Positions 40,292-55,398 of a DNA stretch of 64,000 nt are shown here, piece after piece. This stretch comes from Pseudogymnoascus verrucosus. Lineage: Eukaryota. A model generated the notes under the pieces. It was given only the letters and a program-made list of their open reading frames with translations. It had not been told where the DNA came from and did no database searches. The stretch lies in the NCBI GenBank assembly GCA_001662655.1, contig KV460241.1; one strand, written 5' to 3'. The position numbers were made by a program, and so were the translations under genes. Numbering within the stretch: the first letter of the stretch is position 1; each line of letters opens with the position of its first letter.

Positions 40292-42306
40292 TCATACATC
40301 TCCCGGCTTTCCGAGAACTATAACTGCTCCGACTATCCAAGCCGGCCACCACACGAACCACACAACAAATTGGGTGGTCATACCCCACACGTCCCAGCCA
40401 AACGCAGCCTCTGTCAGAATTTCTTTGATCGAGAGTTGCCAATATGAGCTGCCAATGCATAGGACCACAGTGGGGGTTAATAGATTGACGAAAACCTCGA
40501 CTGCGATTGCCACCAAAGGTCTCTTGGCGAGAGGCTGCACATACGTCAATGGCGAAGCAAGCAGGCCGACTAAAAGGGCTAGAGAGAAGTTAAGCGTAGC
40601 TAAAGCTGATAGGAACATCCCCAAAAGTAGCAGAGAGAATGACTTCATAAGCTGGTATTGCTGGTGTGTCGGCTTGAAATAATTTGTGATCACCCCTGAA
40701 AATACCACGGGCAAGGCCACGTTGAAGGCTGAGAAGCCCCCGAAAACATACGGGAGCATCTGCCAGCTTGTAAGCATAAGTTTGTAATGTGGGGCGGGGA
40801 GGACTTACTGCTTCTGTGCTGTGGTTGAATAGATACAGGGGAATAACCCCAAGAAACTGGGCGGTGCCAACAACAACCATTGGGAGAAAGAGATGCCGCT
40901 CTTTCTTCACATTCGATTCTTGATGGGGGCCAACACCTTTGCCAAGCTTTGGTTTGGCAGCATCGACTTTCTCTGGGGACTTCTTATTATTTCGGCCACT
41001 CTGCACCCAAAGTGAGATCGCCATAATGGTGAAATTTACCGCCACGAGCATGGCACTCGGTAAATATGTGCCAATACTGACAAATCTTCTATGCTGCATA
41101 AGCAAGTAAAAGAAGAAGCTTTGGTGTAGGTGCTCCAAAAGATTGTTCAAGCTGCGGAAAGTGCTTTCAATCACTCTACCCATGGCCATCTCATCCTGCC
41201 AACCATCACCAAACGGCTGCAATGTAACAGCATCGATGTGATAAGGTATAAAGCAGCTGTGAGCTCCCGATGCGTGGCCCAGCCCTTGCCGCAGCATGCC
41301 CCTTAACATTGTTTGTAGGCGATCTTGGTAGTCGTCGGTGTGTGACCACATCTGTTGGAGAGAAATCCCTATTCCCATTTGCCCTGTTGCAATATTCGTG
41401 ATGGTATTGAAGAGGTCAAGATTGGGGAGTTGACCGTTCACGCCGTCGTACACAATATGCAAGGATTCAAAGCGGTGGTCGAAAGGGTAGTCGACCGCAA
41501 GGGCACCTTGTAGAGCACCGCCCTTCAGCGGCAAAGAATCAATGCCCGGGGACAAATGTGCGTCATGATAGGCATCAACCCATGCCTGAGGACCTGCTCG
41601 ACTGTCTGGGGTGACCAGGAATATAATGTCCTTCGACCATAAAGACCATCCTATTAACTTGTAAGCCGATTGTCATTTGCGCCTGGGAGCAGTATCATAC
41701 TCTTGAAGTATCTGGCGAGAGTCAGCACGAGCGCCACTCCGCTTCTATTCAGCTCCCCTTCCATGTTCTTCCAAGCTCCGACAAGGACAATAGCCTCTGT
41801 AGCATCTCCTCGAGGGGCATGTAGTATCGCATATAGGTTCTCTCCATGGTGTCGGTTCCCAGCTGACGTATATTCGAAGCGCTGGCGTGCGGTTTTCAAT
41901 CCTGCAGCTCGAAAGAAACCTTCCAGCTTATCATTGATCCTATTATATCAAATTTAGCTGTGAATCCCGCCAGAAGGGGCCGGAGCCATACTCTATGTTG
42001 CTTGATTCGGTCAGAGCATCCACCTCTTGCTTGAAACCCCGGAAAATATTCTGGTCGCTGCCCGAGAAATAGGTATGGACCTGCCCAGGCAGGAGCGCAT
42101 TTTCGGATATGTATGTATTGCGCGAGTAGTCGTTCAATGGCAGGAGAAGCAGCCAGGTGACACCCACCAGGATACAAAAGAAGGAGAGGTATGGTGGTAG
42201 CTTAAGAAGTCGCCCGTCGCCGCGCAACAGTGCACCTGGAGCTGCTGAAGGTCAGAATTGCGCACAGCTGCTGTCATAGGCAAGAGAACTTACATATCAG
42301 AGCCAT
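40292..42306 (-). CDS. GAA1: GPI transamidase component Gaa1
   Basis: RNTYISENALLPGQV; APRGDATEAIVL; WSKDIIF; NGQLPNLDL; RSLNNLLEHLHQSFFFYLL; TLNFSLA. Confidence 0.95.
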
Positions 42307-42863
42307 ATCGGGCTCGAGGGCTCATTGAGCTGGTTGGGGTATGGTGGTTCGTATTCGCAAGGCTCAGGTACAGTGACTAGGTACACGTCGCGGCACGGAA
42401 GCGATCGCCTTAGCATAAGCCCCGCAAGCCACCGACGATTGTTCGATCCCCGTCACCGTACAGCTTCCAACAGTTGACACTTCTCGTGTCACCGGAAAGT
42501 CTCGATAGGTAGGGATTGTGCAGTGAGATATATAATGTAAATTCCCATAAAACTATAGATGTAGACAGCGTCTGTTGGTCACTTTGGCTTCAGTTATCAT
42601 ACTATCCGGCTACGCGGCTTTCCAGGAGACCATCGTCATATACAACCCCTCTTCAGACTTCTAAGCAGCACGAGCACCGAGATGTTGAATAATAAGGAAT
42701 TAAACACAAGAAAAAGCGAATAAATATCTTCATTATAATACTTGCCATACGTTTTATATCGCCCTTGGGGACAAAGCTGTCCCGACACCCCCTCCATTAT
42801 ATACACCCCACACAATCATATCATACAACCGGTTTACCCTCTAGAAAACAAGGGAACCGATGC

Positions 42864-43898
42864 CTAAGGACCTAATCGCTGCGTGCTCCCCAAGTAACTC
42901 ATCTGGATTCCAGATTCTGGGTCAGGTGTGGAGACTGGAAGAACGCCGAACCTCCCGTATGTCTTCTGATCAACAGAAACATAGTGTGGCAGTCGTCCCA
43001 GGAGGTTCATCTTCCCCTCAACCCATCGGAGAATCTTCTCAGGCGGGGCGAGGAATTTCAGGTATCCAAGACCGACTTTATACTATTAGCAGAGCTCTGG
43101 ATAGGAGAGGAGTGATACGTACAAAGATACCCCACTGCGAGGCCACAGAGATGGCCAAGAAAGCTCGTGTTTTTAACCAGGACGCTGATGAAAACGGCGA
43201 GCACCAAAGGAGTTGTCCATGTCGGTACATTGACGGTCCCTACTTTAAAATGGGGGTTCGTCCGGTATGTCTTGATCGCCTCCATCCCGAGGAGTAGGAA
43301 TACCCATAAACTGTAACTTGTATTAGTATGGCACGGAGAAACAGGAACTTGCGAGCATACCTTGCGCCAAGGACTGCAGTATTTCCTCGCAATACGCCTC
43401 GCTCTAAAACAACATATATAATGGCCGGAATAGTCGACAATGCTATAATAGTCGTTAGTTGTGGTCGTTCCGGTCGGATCTCTGGTAACTCACGTCCAAA
43501 GAACAATAGGAGGGACGTCAGGGTCCCATGCTCTGTCTCAAATCGCTCCAACAACGGGACGAGCGCAATAACGTTCAGGAAGGCATGGAAGAGGCCGGCG
43601 TGTATGAGAGGAAAGGTATTCGTCCTGTATACTATAATGTCGCATGTCAGCGGCGCGCGCGCCAGAAAGGGGAACACAGAAGGGTATCGCAGCAAAAGGA
43701 GTCCGTACATGTAGCCACACCCGTCTCCTTTGGTATCAACGATCCCCAAGCCCGTACATCCCACACCGACTGGATGCTGACAACCCAGAAGCCGATAATG
43801 AGAACTATAATCAGGCGCGTGAAAAGAGGCAGGCGGAACACATATGATCGTGTCCGGCCCAGGTTGAGCTGCGGAATCATCGATGCCAGGGAGGCCAT
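42864..43898 (-). CDS. RBD2: Rhomboid family protease Rbd2
   Basis: RLPLFTR; YRTNTFPLIHAGLFHAFLN; LLERFETEHGTL; VLGAS; TSFLGHLCG; ends YLGSTQRLGP*. Confidence 0.85.
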
Positions 43899-44512
43899 GG
43901 CTGCGGTTTCGAGGATCGGAGGAGGCGGAAGGGCGCCAAGTCAGCCGGATTGGGGCTTTCACTGCCTTATAAGAGTAGTGAAGATCAATTCCGCTGAGCC
44001 CGTCGATACATTGCGTCAATCTATCGCTGCATTGGAGAGTTGGTTTAATGATCTACGATGGAGTTGTCCTCAAAAGTTTTGTACGTTTCCCAGTAACACA
44101 ACACCCGCAAATTCGATAATCACTGGTCAGCCTCGCTTGATTACAGAGCAGAGTCAGGAACTTGACCACGGAGAACAAGCCGAGGAATAAGGGGAAATGT
44201 TACCATAGTATGTTACATACGAACAGTGAAAAATCCAAAGAGCACAATACAAGCAGATTAATCCTACGTATATCACAAGACGTCACAGCATATTCTCCCA
44301 CTTCCAGCAACCCCTATCAGTTGGAATCCCGTTATTCGAACATTATACATTGAGGAAATAACTAGTTGATGCTGGTGGTCGTGCACTCAATGGAATATTG
44401 AGACGAAGACATGAAGTCTCTAACACGGAGGTATGGACTAAGAAAACGCATTCAACATGAACAACTACACTGATACCAACAACGCTCAAACACCCATCTA
44501 CAATCTTTTGAT

Positions 44513-46988
44513 CTATGCCTTGGCGGCGTTGGCCTTGGCCATGGTGTTCAAAGCGCTACCGTTCTTGAACCACTCGACTTGAGGAGCGTTGTAAGTGTGG
44601 GCAAGCTTGACCTCGAAGGTCTTGCCGTCCTTGGGGTGGACCCTCATGGTGAAGGGCTTGCCAACCTCGAGCTCAGTGCACAGAAGATCAACCTAAGATT
44701 AACTGTTAGCAATTTATATTTCAATGATATCTGGCTGTAACTGACCTTGTCCTCTGGCTTGATCTTGTCGTAATCCTCTGGGTTGGCGAAGGTAAGAGGA
44801 AGCATACCCTGCTTCTTCAAGTTGGTCTCGTGGATACGGGCGAACGACCTAGTGATAATAGCGAGTCCACCCAAGTGCCTAGGCTCAAGAGCAGCGTGCT
44901 CGCGGGAAGAACCCTCTCCGTAGTTCCAGTCACCGATAACAACCCAAGGGATGTTCTTGGACTTGTAATCTCTGGCGGTAGCTGGGACAGCATCCCACTC
45001 ACCGGTGGTGTAGTTCTGGACCTTGTTGGCCTCACCGTTGGCAGCGTTGATGGCACCGATAAGCATGTTGTTGGAGATGTTGTCGAGATGTCCACGGTAC
45101 TTGAGCCAAGGACCAGCCATGGAGATGTGGTCAGTGGTGGTCTTGCCGTCGCACTTGATAAGAATTGGGAGGTTCTCAGCGTCCTTTCCGTCCCAGGCCT
45201 TGAAAGGCTCGAGGAGCTGGAGACGGTCGCTGGTTGGCGAGACAGCAACGCTGACACCGCTGCGCTCAGCCGGTGGTGCCTGGTAGGTGTTCTGTCCTGG
45301 GTCGAAGCTTCCGCTCGCTGGAAGACCGTCTCCGGTGGGAGCCTTGAGGAGGAACTCCTTGCCATCCTTGCCAACAAGCTTGTCGGTGAGAGGGTTGAAG
45401 TGAAGGCTTCCGGCGATGGTCATGGCAACGACGAGATCGGGGGAAGTGACGAAGGCGTGGGTAGCGGGGTTGGCATCGTTACGTCCAGTGAAGTTACGGT
45501 TGTAGGACGAGATGATGGAGTTAGCCTCACCCTTCTTGACGTCCTTGCGGTCCCACTGACCAATGCAGGGTCCGCAGGCGTTGGCAAGAACCATGCCGCC
45601 GAACTCCTCCAAAGTGGCAAGCTGTCCATCACGTTCGATGGTGGCGCGGATCTGCTCGGAACCGGGGGTGACGGTGAACAGAGACTTGGCCTTGATGCCG
45701 TGGTCGAGAGCGTCGCGAGCGATCGAGGCCGCGCGAGACATATCCTCGTAAGAAGAGTTGGTGCAAGAACCGATCAGGCCAACCTTAAGCTCCTCGGGCC
45801 AGCCGTTGGCCTTGACAGCCTCGCTGAACTTGGAGATGGGGGTAGCCAAATCGGGGGTGAATGGGCCGTTAATGTGGGGCTCGAGCTCAGACAGGTTGAT
45901 CTCGATCAGCTGGTCGTACTCGGCACCCTCATCCTCCCTCAGCTCCTTTGCGTAGGCACGGGAGAAGTCTCCGATATCCTTACGCTTGGTGACGGCAAGG
46001 TAATCGTACATGCGGTCGTTGAAGGGGAACAGAGAGGTGGTGGCACCAATCTCAGCACCCATGTTACAGATGGTGGCCATACCGGTACACGAGATACCGT
46101 TAACGCCAGGGCCGTGGTATTCGACAATGGCACCAGTTCCACCCTTGACGGTCAGGATTCCGGCAACCTTAAGAATGATGTCTGTAGCCACGTATATTAG
46201 TAATTGTTCAAAAAACAAAGAATTCGTACAAACTAACCCTTTGGCGCGGTCCATCCAGACAATTGACCAGTAAGCTTGACACCAATGACCTTAGGGGCCT
46301 TAAGCTCCCAAGGAAGGTTGGCCATGACATCAACGGCGTCAGCACCGCCGACACCGATGGCGCACATACCCAAACCACCGGCATTGGGTGTGTGGGAGTC
46401 AGTACCGATGAGGAGACCACCGGGGAAAGCGTAGTTCTCGAGGAGAATTTGGTGGATGATACCGGATCCTGGCTTCCAGAAACCAATGTTGTACTTGGCG
46501 CAAGCGGTGGCAAGGAAGTCGTAGACCTCCTTGTTGATGCTGATGGCACGGGCCAAATCCTTGTCGCCGCCAATTTGGGCCTCAATAAGATGGTCGCAGT
46601 GAACGGTGGTAGGGTTGGCAACAGAGGGCATGCCCGCGGACATGAATTGGAGGATGGCCATCTGAGCAGTGGCATCCTGGCAAGCAACACGATCCGGGCG
46701 CAGCCTCAAGTACGAGGAGCCACGCTCGATCTCCTGTCCGTGAGGATCATCCAAATGAGAGTAGAGGATCTTCTCGGCGTAGGTGAGAGGCCTGTTCAAT
46801 CGTCCGCGGACAATGGCGAGGTTCTCAGACATCTTCTTGTAGTTGATGAAGTTGTTCTTCTCGTGGATGTTCTGGGTGACCTTCTGGTCAAGGCTCGCAT
46901 CGCTGGCAGTTGCCATTGTGCGGCGCAGGCCATGCTGGATGACCGCCCGGCGTTGGGCGGCACCAAGAAGTTGTCTCGACGCCAGCAT
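44513..46988 (-). CDS. ACO1: Mitochondrial aconitate hydratase
   Basis: [70 protein letters not shown]. Confidence 0.98.
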
Positions 46989-47832
46989 TGTGAGGTTGTC
47001 TGGAGTAGAGAGTGTGTTTGATGGAGAAAGGAAGAAAATGAGGGCGGAGAGCAGGAGAAGCCTTATCACGTAGGAAGCTCGGCTACTACGACTTTCGCCG
47101 AAGCCAAGCCGTTGCCGTTGATGCGGGTTTCACAGTGTGAGGATGGGGGGGTTGACCAATGAGAGGTGAGATATTAGCTGTTGCTTCCATGACGGGTACA
47201 ATCTGGGCAGTCGTGTATTGGATGGGGGGGGGATACATTGGCATAAAATGGATTAGTCAGCTTGAATTGCTTCTCGTGAAACGTGGGAGCAAATGACGTT
47301 CGTTGGTTTGGGTCTGGAGACCAGTCTGACTTTACCAGCCTGTACCAGCCCGCATATCTAACGACATCATAGCTAGTTGACTCAAAGGGAAAATCTGTTC
47401 TAGGTTGCCCCAATTGAGAGAAGCCGCTCCTAATTATGCCGCGTGCAGGTCCAATTCATCAATTGGTGCTGCATACGTCTGATAGAATATACCCTCATTT
47501 TTTGGCCTCTTTTTGTTTCTCCGGTTTGCACGAGACATTTGTGAGGGTTTACCACAATTACAGTGCCACACACACACACACTGCCACACACTACCACACA
47601 GTACTACAGTAGAACCAGAGAAATATTGCTGCCCAGAGGAATAATCATGTGAAAAAGCTTCCACATTATTGTGGGGCAGGGCATGCGACGACGAGTTCGA
47701 GACACACTTCTCCGCCGTACTCCTGCTCCATCCGGTACTTGGGATTTACTGAGGGAGTTGGGTAGCTAGCCGCTGTCAGCCTCGATCTCATCTCCTCGGC
47801 TTTGTGTGGCGGCAGTGCACAACAGCATAACA

Positions 47833-47886
47833 CTGAGTAGCTGAGTAGCTGAGTAACTGAGTAGCTTGAGTAGCTGAGCAGCTGAG
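47833..47886. repeat. (CTGAGTAG)n-like tandem repeat
   Basis: About six imperfect 8-bp units in the ACO1/BUD20 intergenic region. Confidence 0.75.
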
Positions 47887-48579
47887 AGATACATGCGCAC
47901 GCACGCACATACTCGTACTCATCTGGAGTAGAGTACATTCCTATCAAAAATAAAGCAGGGATCCGGCGTGGGCAAACCCGGCTCCAGTAAATCAATGGTG
48001 GTGCTATGGATAATATCTCGGGAGGAGTCCGTGGAGTCCGTGGTCTAGAGTACGCCGTCGACGACGATACCACACAACACACAGGAGGAGGCGGCGATTG
48101 TTCCGCCTGTCCGAAATACCGCCGTCTTACAGTACACATCCTTCACCCAAACAAACGATAGATTGCCAGTGGGTTGTCTCTTTCGCGTTTTAGCATACAA
48201 CTTCACTATACATGTCTTGCCTTTTCCCCCTTCAAAATATGATAACCGGCGTGTCCGATAATTCCAGAATGTCTCAAGCTTCATCCTGCGCATGCACAGC
48301 CATTCCCTTCGGTCCCGGTGCTACTTTGCGCGCCCGCGGGCATATTTTCATCCCTCGGCTTGGAGTGGATTCCGGCAAAGGTGGGGCGCGAAAAATGCAG
48401 TTTGGTCTGGAGACGTGGTGAGCCGCCTAATCAGGTTTAGCCTAGAACATATCTCAACCTTATTCGAGTATAACGGAAATTTTGTGTCTGGAGACCAAAT
48501 CAACAAATCATTACGATCACCACCACCACACGCGCACCGTGCAACCCCCGCAAGAATCTCATCACACAAGGCAGCAATC

Positions 48580-49103
48580 ATGGGTGTCGAGAACAAGAAG
48601 ACCAGGACGAAGACGAGGAGGCACACGAGGTATGAGTTGCCCATCGCTCTATTACATGGACAATTTATTTGTGCACTATGATATACTAGGCAGGAGAATG
48701 CCAATATTTGAAGTATGCTAACCACCATGTTCTAATAGAGATCTTGACCAGATCAAGTCTGACATGCTGTCGTCCAAGCATCTTTCACAATATCAAGCAA
48801 CAAAAGCGACAGAGGATTTGCCAGGCCTGGGAGAGTTCTACTGCGTCGAATGTGCGAAATGGTTTGAGGGAGAGAACAGCCAGAGGACGCATTTGAAGGG
48901 CAAGAACCACAAGAGAAGGTACGGCTAGTAACGCAGCATCGACTGACAGTTCACTGACAATCCATAACAGGGTCAAGGCATTGAAGGACGAGCCATACTC
49001 CCAAAAGGAAGCGGAAGCTGCAGTTGGGTTGCGAACAGACAATGGACCGCTACGAACGAGCGTGAGCAAGCCACAGACTATCGAGGTTGAGATGGCAACA
49101 TGA
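48580..49103 (+). CDS. BUD20: Zinc finger ribosome-export factor Bud20/ZNF593
   Basis: MGVENKKTRTKTRRHTR/DLDQIKSD; EDLPGLGEFYCVECAKWF...HLKGKNHKRR; EPYSQKEAEAAVGL. Confidence 0.93.
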
Positions 49104-49291
49104 AGAACCGACCCCGCCATGTTTCGTACCCGGAAGCCGCCTTCTCATTGCGATAACAAACTCGACGCCAGCATTTCCCGTTGAAAAGTCGAGCGGACCA
49201 CAGCTGCACCACATATGGCGCTGCTCTGCATAAAAGTATGCCTTTTTATCGGAAATATTGTCTCTGGGGTATTTCTGGTGTCTCGATAGTC

Positions 49292-50090
49292 CTACTTCAT
49301 GGTACTTCCTCGAGCCCTTGCCAAACCACTACCACGAGCACCCCGGTACCCACCTCTGGGAATGCCACCCCTACCGGTTGATGATGCTCCACCACGACCA
49401 GGCGCGCCAGCTATTCTTGAGGCTGGAACAGGAGGGGTGTATTTGGGAGTTGCTTTCGATGATGTTGGAGGGTTGTCGACAAATGATGTGTCAGTTGTCC
49501 TAATTGTCCACGTCGTTAGTTGTTGAATCTTTGAAACAGTAGTTTAGATCATACATGAAGGTTGTTTCTCCATCAAAATCGCCTTGAAATCTCTCGGAGT
49601 TGGTTGATCGGTCTATATGATATTAGTAGACGTTTTCGTAAAGCGCAGTGACTATTCTTACTGAGTTGTTCCGATTGTTGGCGAGCTCGACGAAATGAAT
49701 CCGCCACGGGGGCCTATTAAGTCAGCCACGTAGATAAGCCATTACCCCTCCATTCCATACCTCTGGGAAATCCACACAGAACGCATTCATGTTCAACCCG
49801 TAAAGGAAACTCGCGAAGCTTTCGCTGAATCGTGACAGACTCTCGTGCATCAACTGTAAATGCATAAAATTCGCTTCTAAATCCGCCATTGAATCCGACA
49901 ACTCCGCAAATGCGGGCTCGAATACCTCTAGTGGCGCATCGGAATTGCCGCCGACACTCGACCTGCCAGATTCGCGGAAAGAGGATTTCGAGGAGGGGCG
50001 AAGAGGGGTCGTTGGGCGCGAGGTGGGACGACGTGTTCCTGAGCTAGACCGCTTGATGCTGCTATCGAGTGGGCTTTTTGACGCCGACAT
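49292..50090 (-). CDS. DAM1: DASH/Dam1 kinetochore complex subunit Dam1
   Basis: RPTTPLR; FAELSDSMADLEANFMHLQLMHESLSRFSESFASFLYGLNMNAFCVDFPE; RGG-rich tail ending RGSTMK*. Confidence 0.93.
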
Positions 50091-50623
50091 CTTTATCGCT
50101 GCTGCGTTTGGGGCTTATTTTATGTTCGTTTGGGGATTTGGAAATTCGGTGACGTGGTGTGGCTGATTCTTTGCACTGGCGGTCTGTTTATAGTTCCCGT
50201 TTTGTTTGTTCTGGAACAAGACCAAACAAAACGCCATCGCGTCAAATAGATCTTGATACCGCGGCTAACCTCCACCAGATAAACGTCCCCACCAGATTGA
50301 CGCAACCGTGTCGTCCGCTTCCCACCGGACGTTCGTCAGGGTCTAAGATGGGAATTATGAGATCGGGAAACTTGCTACCTATAGAAGCCCTATACAGTGC
50401 CAAGTTTCCAAGAATTATTATAATACCTCACATTCGTTATTTTATTGCGCAAGTCATGGCCTCGTGCGGCCATACTACGTCGGGACACTATCGGCATTTG
50501 GCTATCCTAATTTGACCCGCATTTGGGGTAGGTACAACGTCCCTCCAAGTTTCCCACACAGTTTATAGATCTGTGCAACAGAACTTCTGACGGGAGGCCC
50601 TGACCAAGTTCGCACCGTCCCCT

Positions 50624-52707
<2,084 letters not shown>

Positions 52708-52929
52708 ACATATTGCCGATTCGGAAGACGGATATATTAGAACCATATTCAAGGGCACCCATACGGGCCCTGGCGCCGATTCATGAAGCCGAGATTAGTA
52801 GCATACAAGGAAGCGCACATAACTATAGCAATACATAGTCTGGGATTTTTTAGGGATTTTATTCGTCTGAATACGTATTGTGATTTCCTGTCTACCTCCT
52901 CGTCTGTATGCGCAATGTAGTTACCATTT

Positions 52930-53582
52930 CTACATCTTCGCTTGAACTTCCTCCAAGAGCTCCTTGAGCTTGTCCATATCGGTCTTCTGTTGAGGCCATC
53001 CAACCGAAAGGCCTTCCTTGAGGTTTGGCTTCGGGATCTATATAAATCTTCGTCAGTAATGCGGCTTGAGTGGAGTGACATCCTGCGTACCATGTGGAAA
53101 TGAACCTATATGTTCGTTAGCATAGCTCATACTCGTAATCGGATCTATCTTACATGATCAACTTCCTGGTGAGCAATTTTTCCGTTGTTCTGCAGAACAT
53201 TGTAGTTTTCAGCGCCGGTGGCATTGACAATCTTCTTCACAACAGGCTGTACCGGTCAGAAACTGGACTCAATCCCCCTCGGCTCCAACCTACCAAGAGC
53301 TCAGAGAGCTGATCATCCGGGATGTCCGTGAGCTTCGCGCCGTGGAACTTGGGAATCACGAGCTATACACAGTTAATAGGAGCTATTTCAAGGGGCGTTG
53401 GTTGCGGTTCGTACAGCATGGCCGCGGCTGAGCGGATTGATGTCGAGGAAGGCAAAGACCTTGTCACTCTCAAACAGCTTCAAGGAAGGGATGTCCCCTA
53501 CAGATAGTTAGCTCTGGCATCTTCGCGAAGGATCATATGATAAAATACCCTTGATGATCTTGCAGAAAATGCAGGCTGACAT
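52930..53582 (-). CDS. HNT1: HIT-family nucleoside phosphoramidase Hnt1 (short exons; absent from the ORF track)
   Basis: Spliced: MSACIFCKIIK/GDIPSLKLFESDKVFAFLDINPLSRGHA/LVIPKFHGAKLTDIPDDQLSELL/...YNVLQNNGKIAHQEVDH/VHFHM/IPKPNLKEGLSVGWPQQKTDMDKLKELLEEVQAKM*. Confidence 0.93.
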
Positions 53583-54058
53583 GTTTTCTTTCTGGGATGG
53601 TGAACTATGAAAAGTAATCTGATGCCCCGCAGCTTCTCGAGAGTTGTCCTAGGTTTATATAAGCTCAGAGAACAAGGGAACAGACGGAGCTGCTGCTGGC
53701 GCCCGCATTCGGGAACCCCGCCGCTGACACAGCGCAGCGTCATGTTTGTGCGGGGGTTCACCAAGGGGCCCGTGCACGTGCCACAACCTGTGAGGGACCG
53801 CGTCCAAATTCTGTGAATCCATGATGGAACAACTTCTTTGAGTACTAGAATGCGGTCAGCTACCCCCAAGACAAGAAACCTTTCGAAAGACTTCATTCCA
53901 GTAATGATATTAATATACTGAAGCTATCATATAGCTGCAAACATCACGCTGTGCATTCAAGAGAGGTCCAAGTCACATTTCAACAGTCGAGGGACAAACC
54001 ATTCCATTCCTAGCTATAGTCGTGGTATAGTAAGAGCTTGGCTATACAACGGTAACTC

Positions 54059-54101
54059 CTTTTCATCTCTCATTTCTCATCTCTCATTTCTCATCTCTCA
54101 T
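54059..54101. repeat. (TTTCTCATCTCTCA)n-like pyrimidine-rich tandem repeat
   Basis: About three visible units. Confidence 0.6.
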
Positions 54102-54393
54102 TGTCTCAGAAGATCTCCATATACCCCTGATCACCGCGGCAGCTGTCCAACAAGCAGGTACGAGGTCTAGAAACAAAGATCGGTCGAACACTCCTTCGAG
54201 TTGATAACTTTTCTCCCAGGCAGCTCCAATCATGATGTTTCATATACCGGTTCCACTTCTCAGAACACGTCGATGCTTTCTTCTGCTTTCCACTTCGGTA
54301 TCCTTCACCTCCTTTCTTCATCCCCGACGCTCGTTCTGCCCACCGGCCGGCCCTCTAGGGCTGTTAGGGCTGCCACGCTCACTGGCCGACTCT

Positions 54394-55398
54394 TCAGTCA
54401 TAAGTTTCATCAAATTCCATCTCCGATCCATCCGGCCGGGCCAACCTGATCCTAGGGACCGCAGAACGACCAGTCGCGCCCTGTGCCGAGGACTCTGGCT
54501 GGTTTGAAGTTTGGGGATTTCCAGCGGACTCCTGAGATCTGCCCTGAGAAGCCAACCACCTATTCCGCAGCACGCGACGCAGTGTGTCTTCTGTGGTGGG
54601 ATGCTCACTTGCCCATGGAGCTATAATGTCGTTTGAGTATTTCAGCATCTCGGGATTCGAGTTAGGGCTGCACCCGCACTGTTGTCCGAAATTGGATTGA
54701 CAGACACAAGTGCTAGTACTGGAACATGGGCTGGGAGCTGGATAGGATCCGTGGGGGACGCTGCCAGTGGCTGCTGTGAAGCCGCCGTTATTTGCTTGAT
54801 ACTGGTTCTGGGCTTGAAAGCCGGCGGATTTGTTGCGATCCTGGCCACCATCTGGACGACTGAGAGCTGGGTCATCGGAGACCGAAGGGATGCGGAAACC
54901 AGATCTGCGCATTTCATCACGCAAGGCGCGGTCTTCATCAGAGAGGCGAGAACGGCCATCACCTGGTTCAGGCTGGTTCAGGTGTTGAAATCCGGCGACT
55001 TGGCTGCGGTTCTGGCTACCCTCTGTATGACGAAGGCTTGCGTTTTCAGGGGTTGGTGGGATGCGGAAGCCAGACTGGCGCATCTCATCACGCAAGGTGC
55101 AGTCTCCGTCTGAGATGACGAGACGGTGGAAACCTCCCGACAGATCCTCGGTGTTATCAGCAGCAGTGTATGTGTCTGCTCCAGTTGCACGGTTGGCCGC
55201 GTTGCTGTCGCTGTTCTCATATCCAAAGACATTGACACGTGACCAGCGGTCATTTGGGTTGCTGGTTGGATTGGTGGATGTGTTGCCAGATCGAACCGAT
55301 GGATGTGGCTGCCCACGCTGCCTTCTGCATTCCGAGCAAGGATATATCAAGCAATCAGAGTGATCTAGTTCGCTGCCTCCATAGCCATGGAAGCCCAT
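54394..55398 (-). CDS. Hypothetical protein with a 57-aa internal duplication
   Basis: 334-codon ORF with ATG start; two copies of LRDEMRxSGFRIP...AGFQ 171 nt apart; no family recognised. Confidence 0.5.
   Translation of the reverse strand: MGFHGYGGSELDHSDCLIYPCSECRRQRGQPHPSVRSGNTSTNPTSNPNDRWSRVNVFGYENSDSNAANRATGADTYTAADNTEDLSGGFHRLVISDGDCTLRDEMRQSGFRIPPTPENASLRHTEGSQNRSQVAGFQHLNQPEPGDGRSRLSDEDRALRDEMRRSGFRIPSVSDDPALSRPDGGQDRNKSAGFQAQNQYQANNGGFTAATGSVPHGSYPAPSPCSSTSTCVCQSNFGQQCGCSPNSNPEMLKYSNDIIAPWASEHPTTEDTLRRVLRNRWLASQGRSQESAGNPQTSNQPESSAQGATGRSAVPRIRLARPDGSEMEFDETYD

Noticed and set aside
42440..42460. GTTCGATCCCCG resembling a tRNA T-loop
   Set aside because: The flanks do not pair into a T-stem and no cloverleaf can be built.
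44830..47021. Long plus-strand ORFs (456 aa and 252 aa) antisense to ACO1
   Set aside because: Best explained as antisense shadows of strong codon bias in a highly expressed gene; no recognisable motifs.
53498..53896. 132-aa minus-strand ORF (and 52749..53093)
   Set aside because: These overlap the promoter, exons and introns of HNT1 in the wrong frames.
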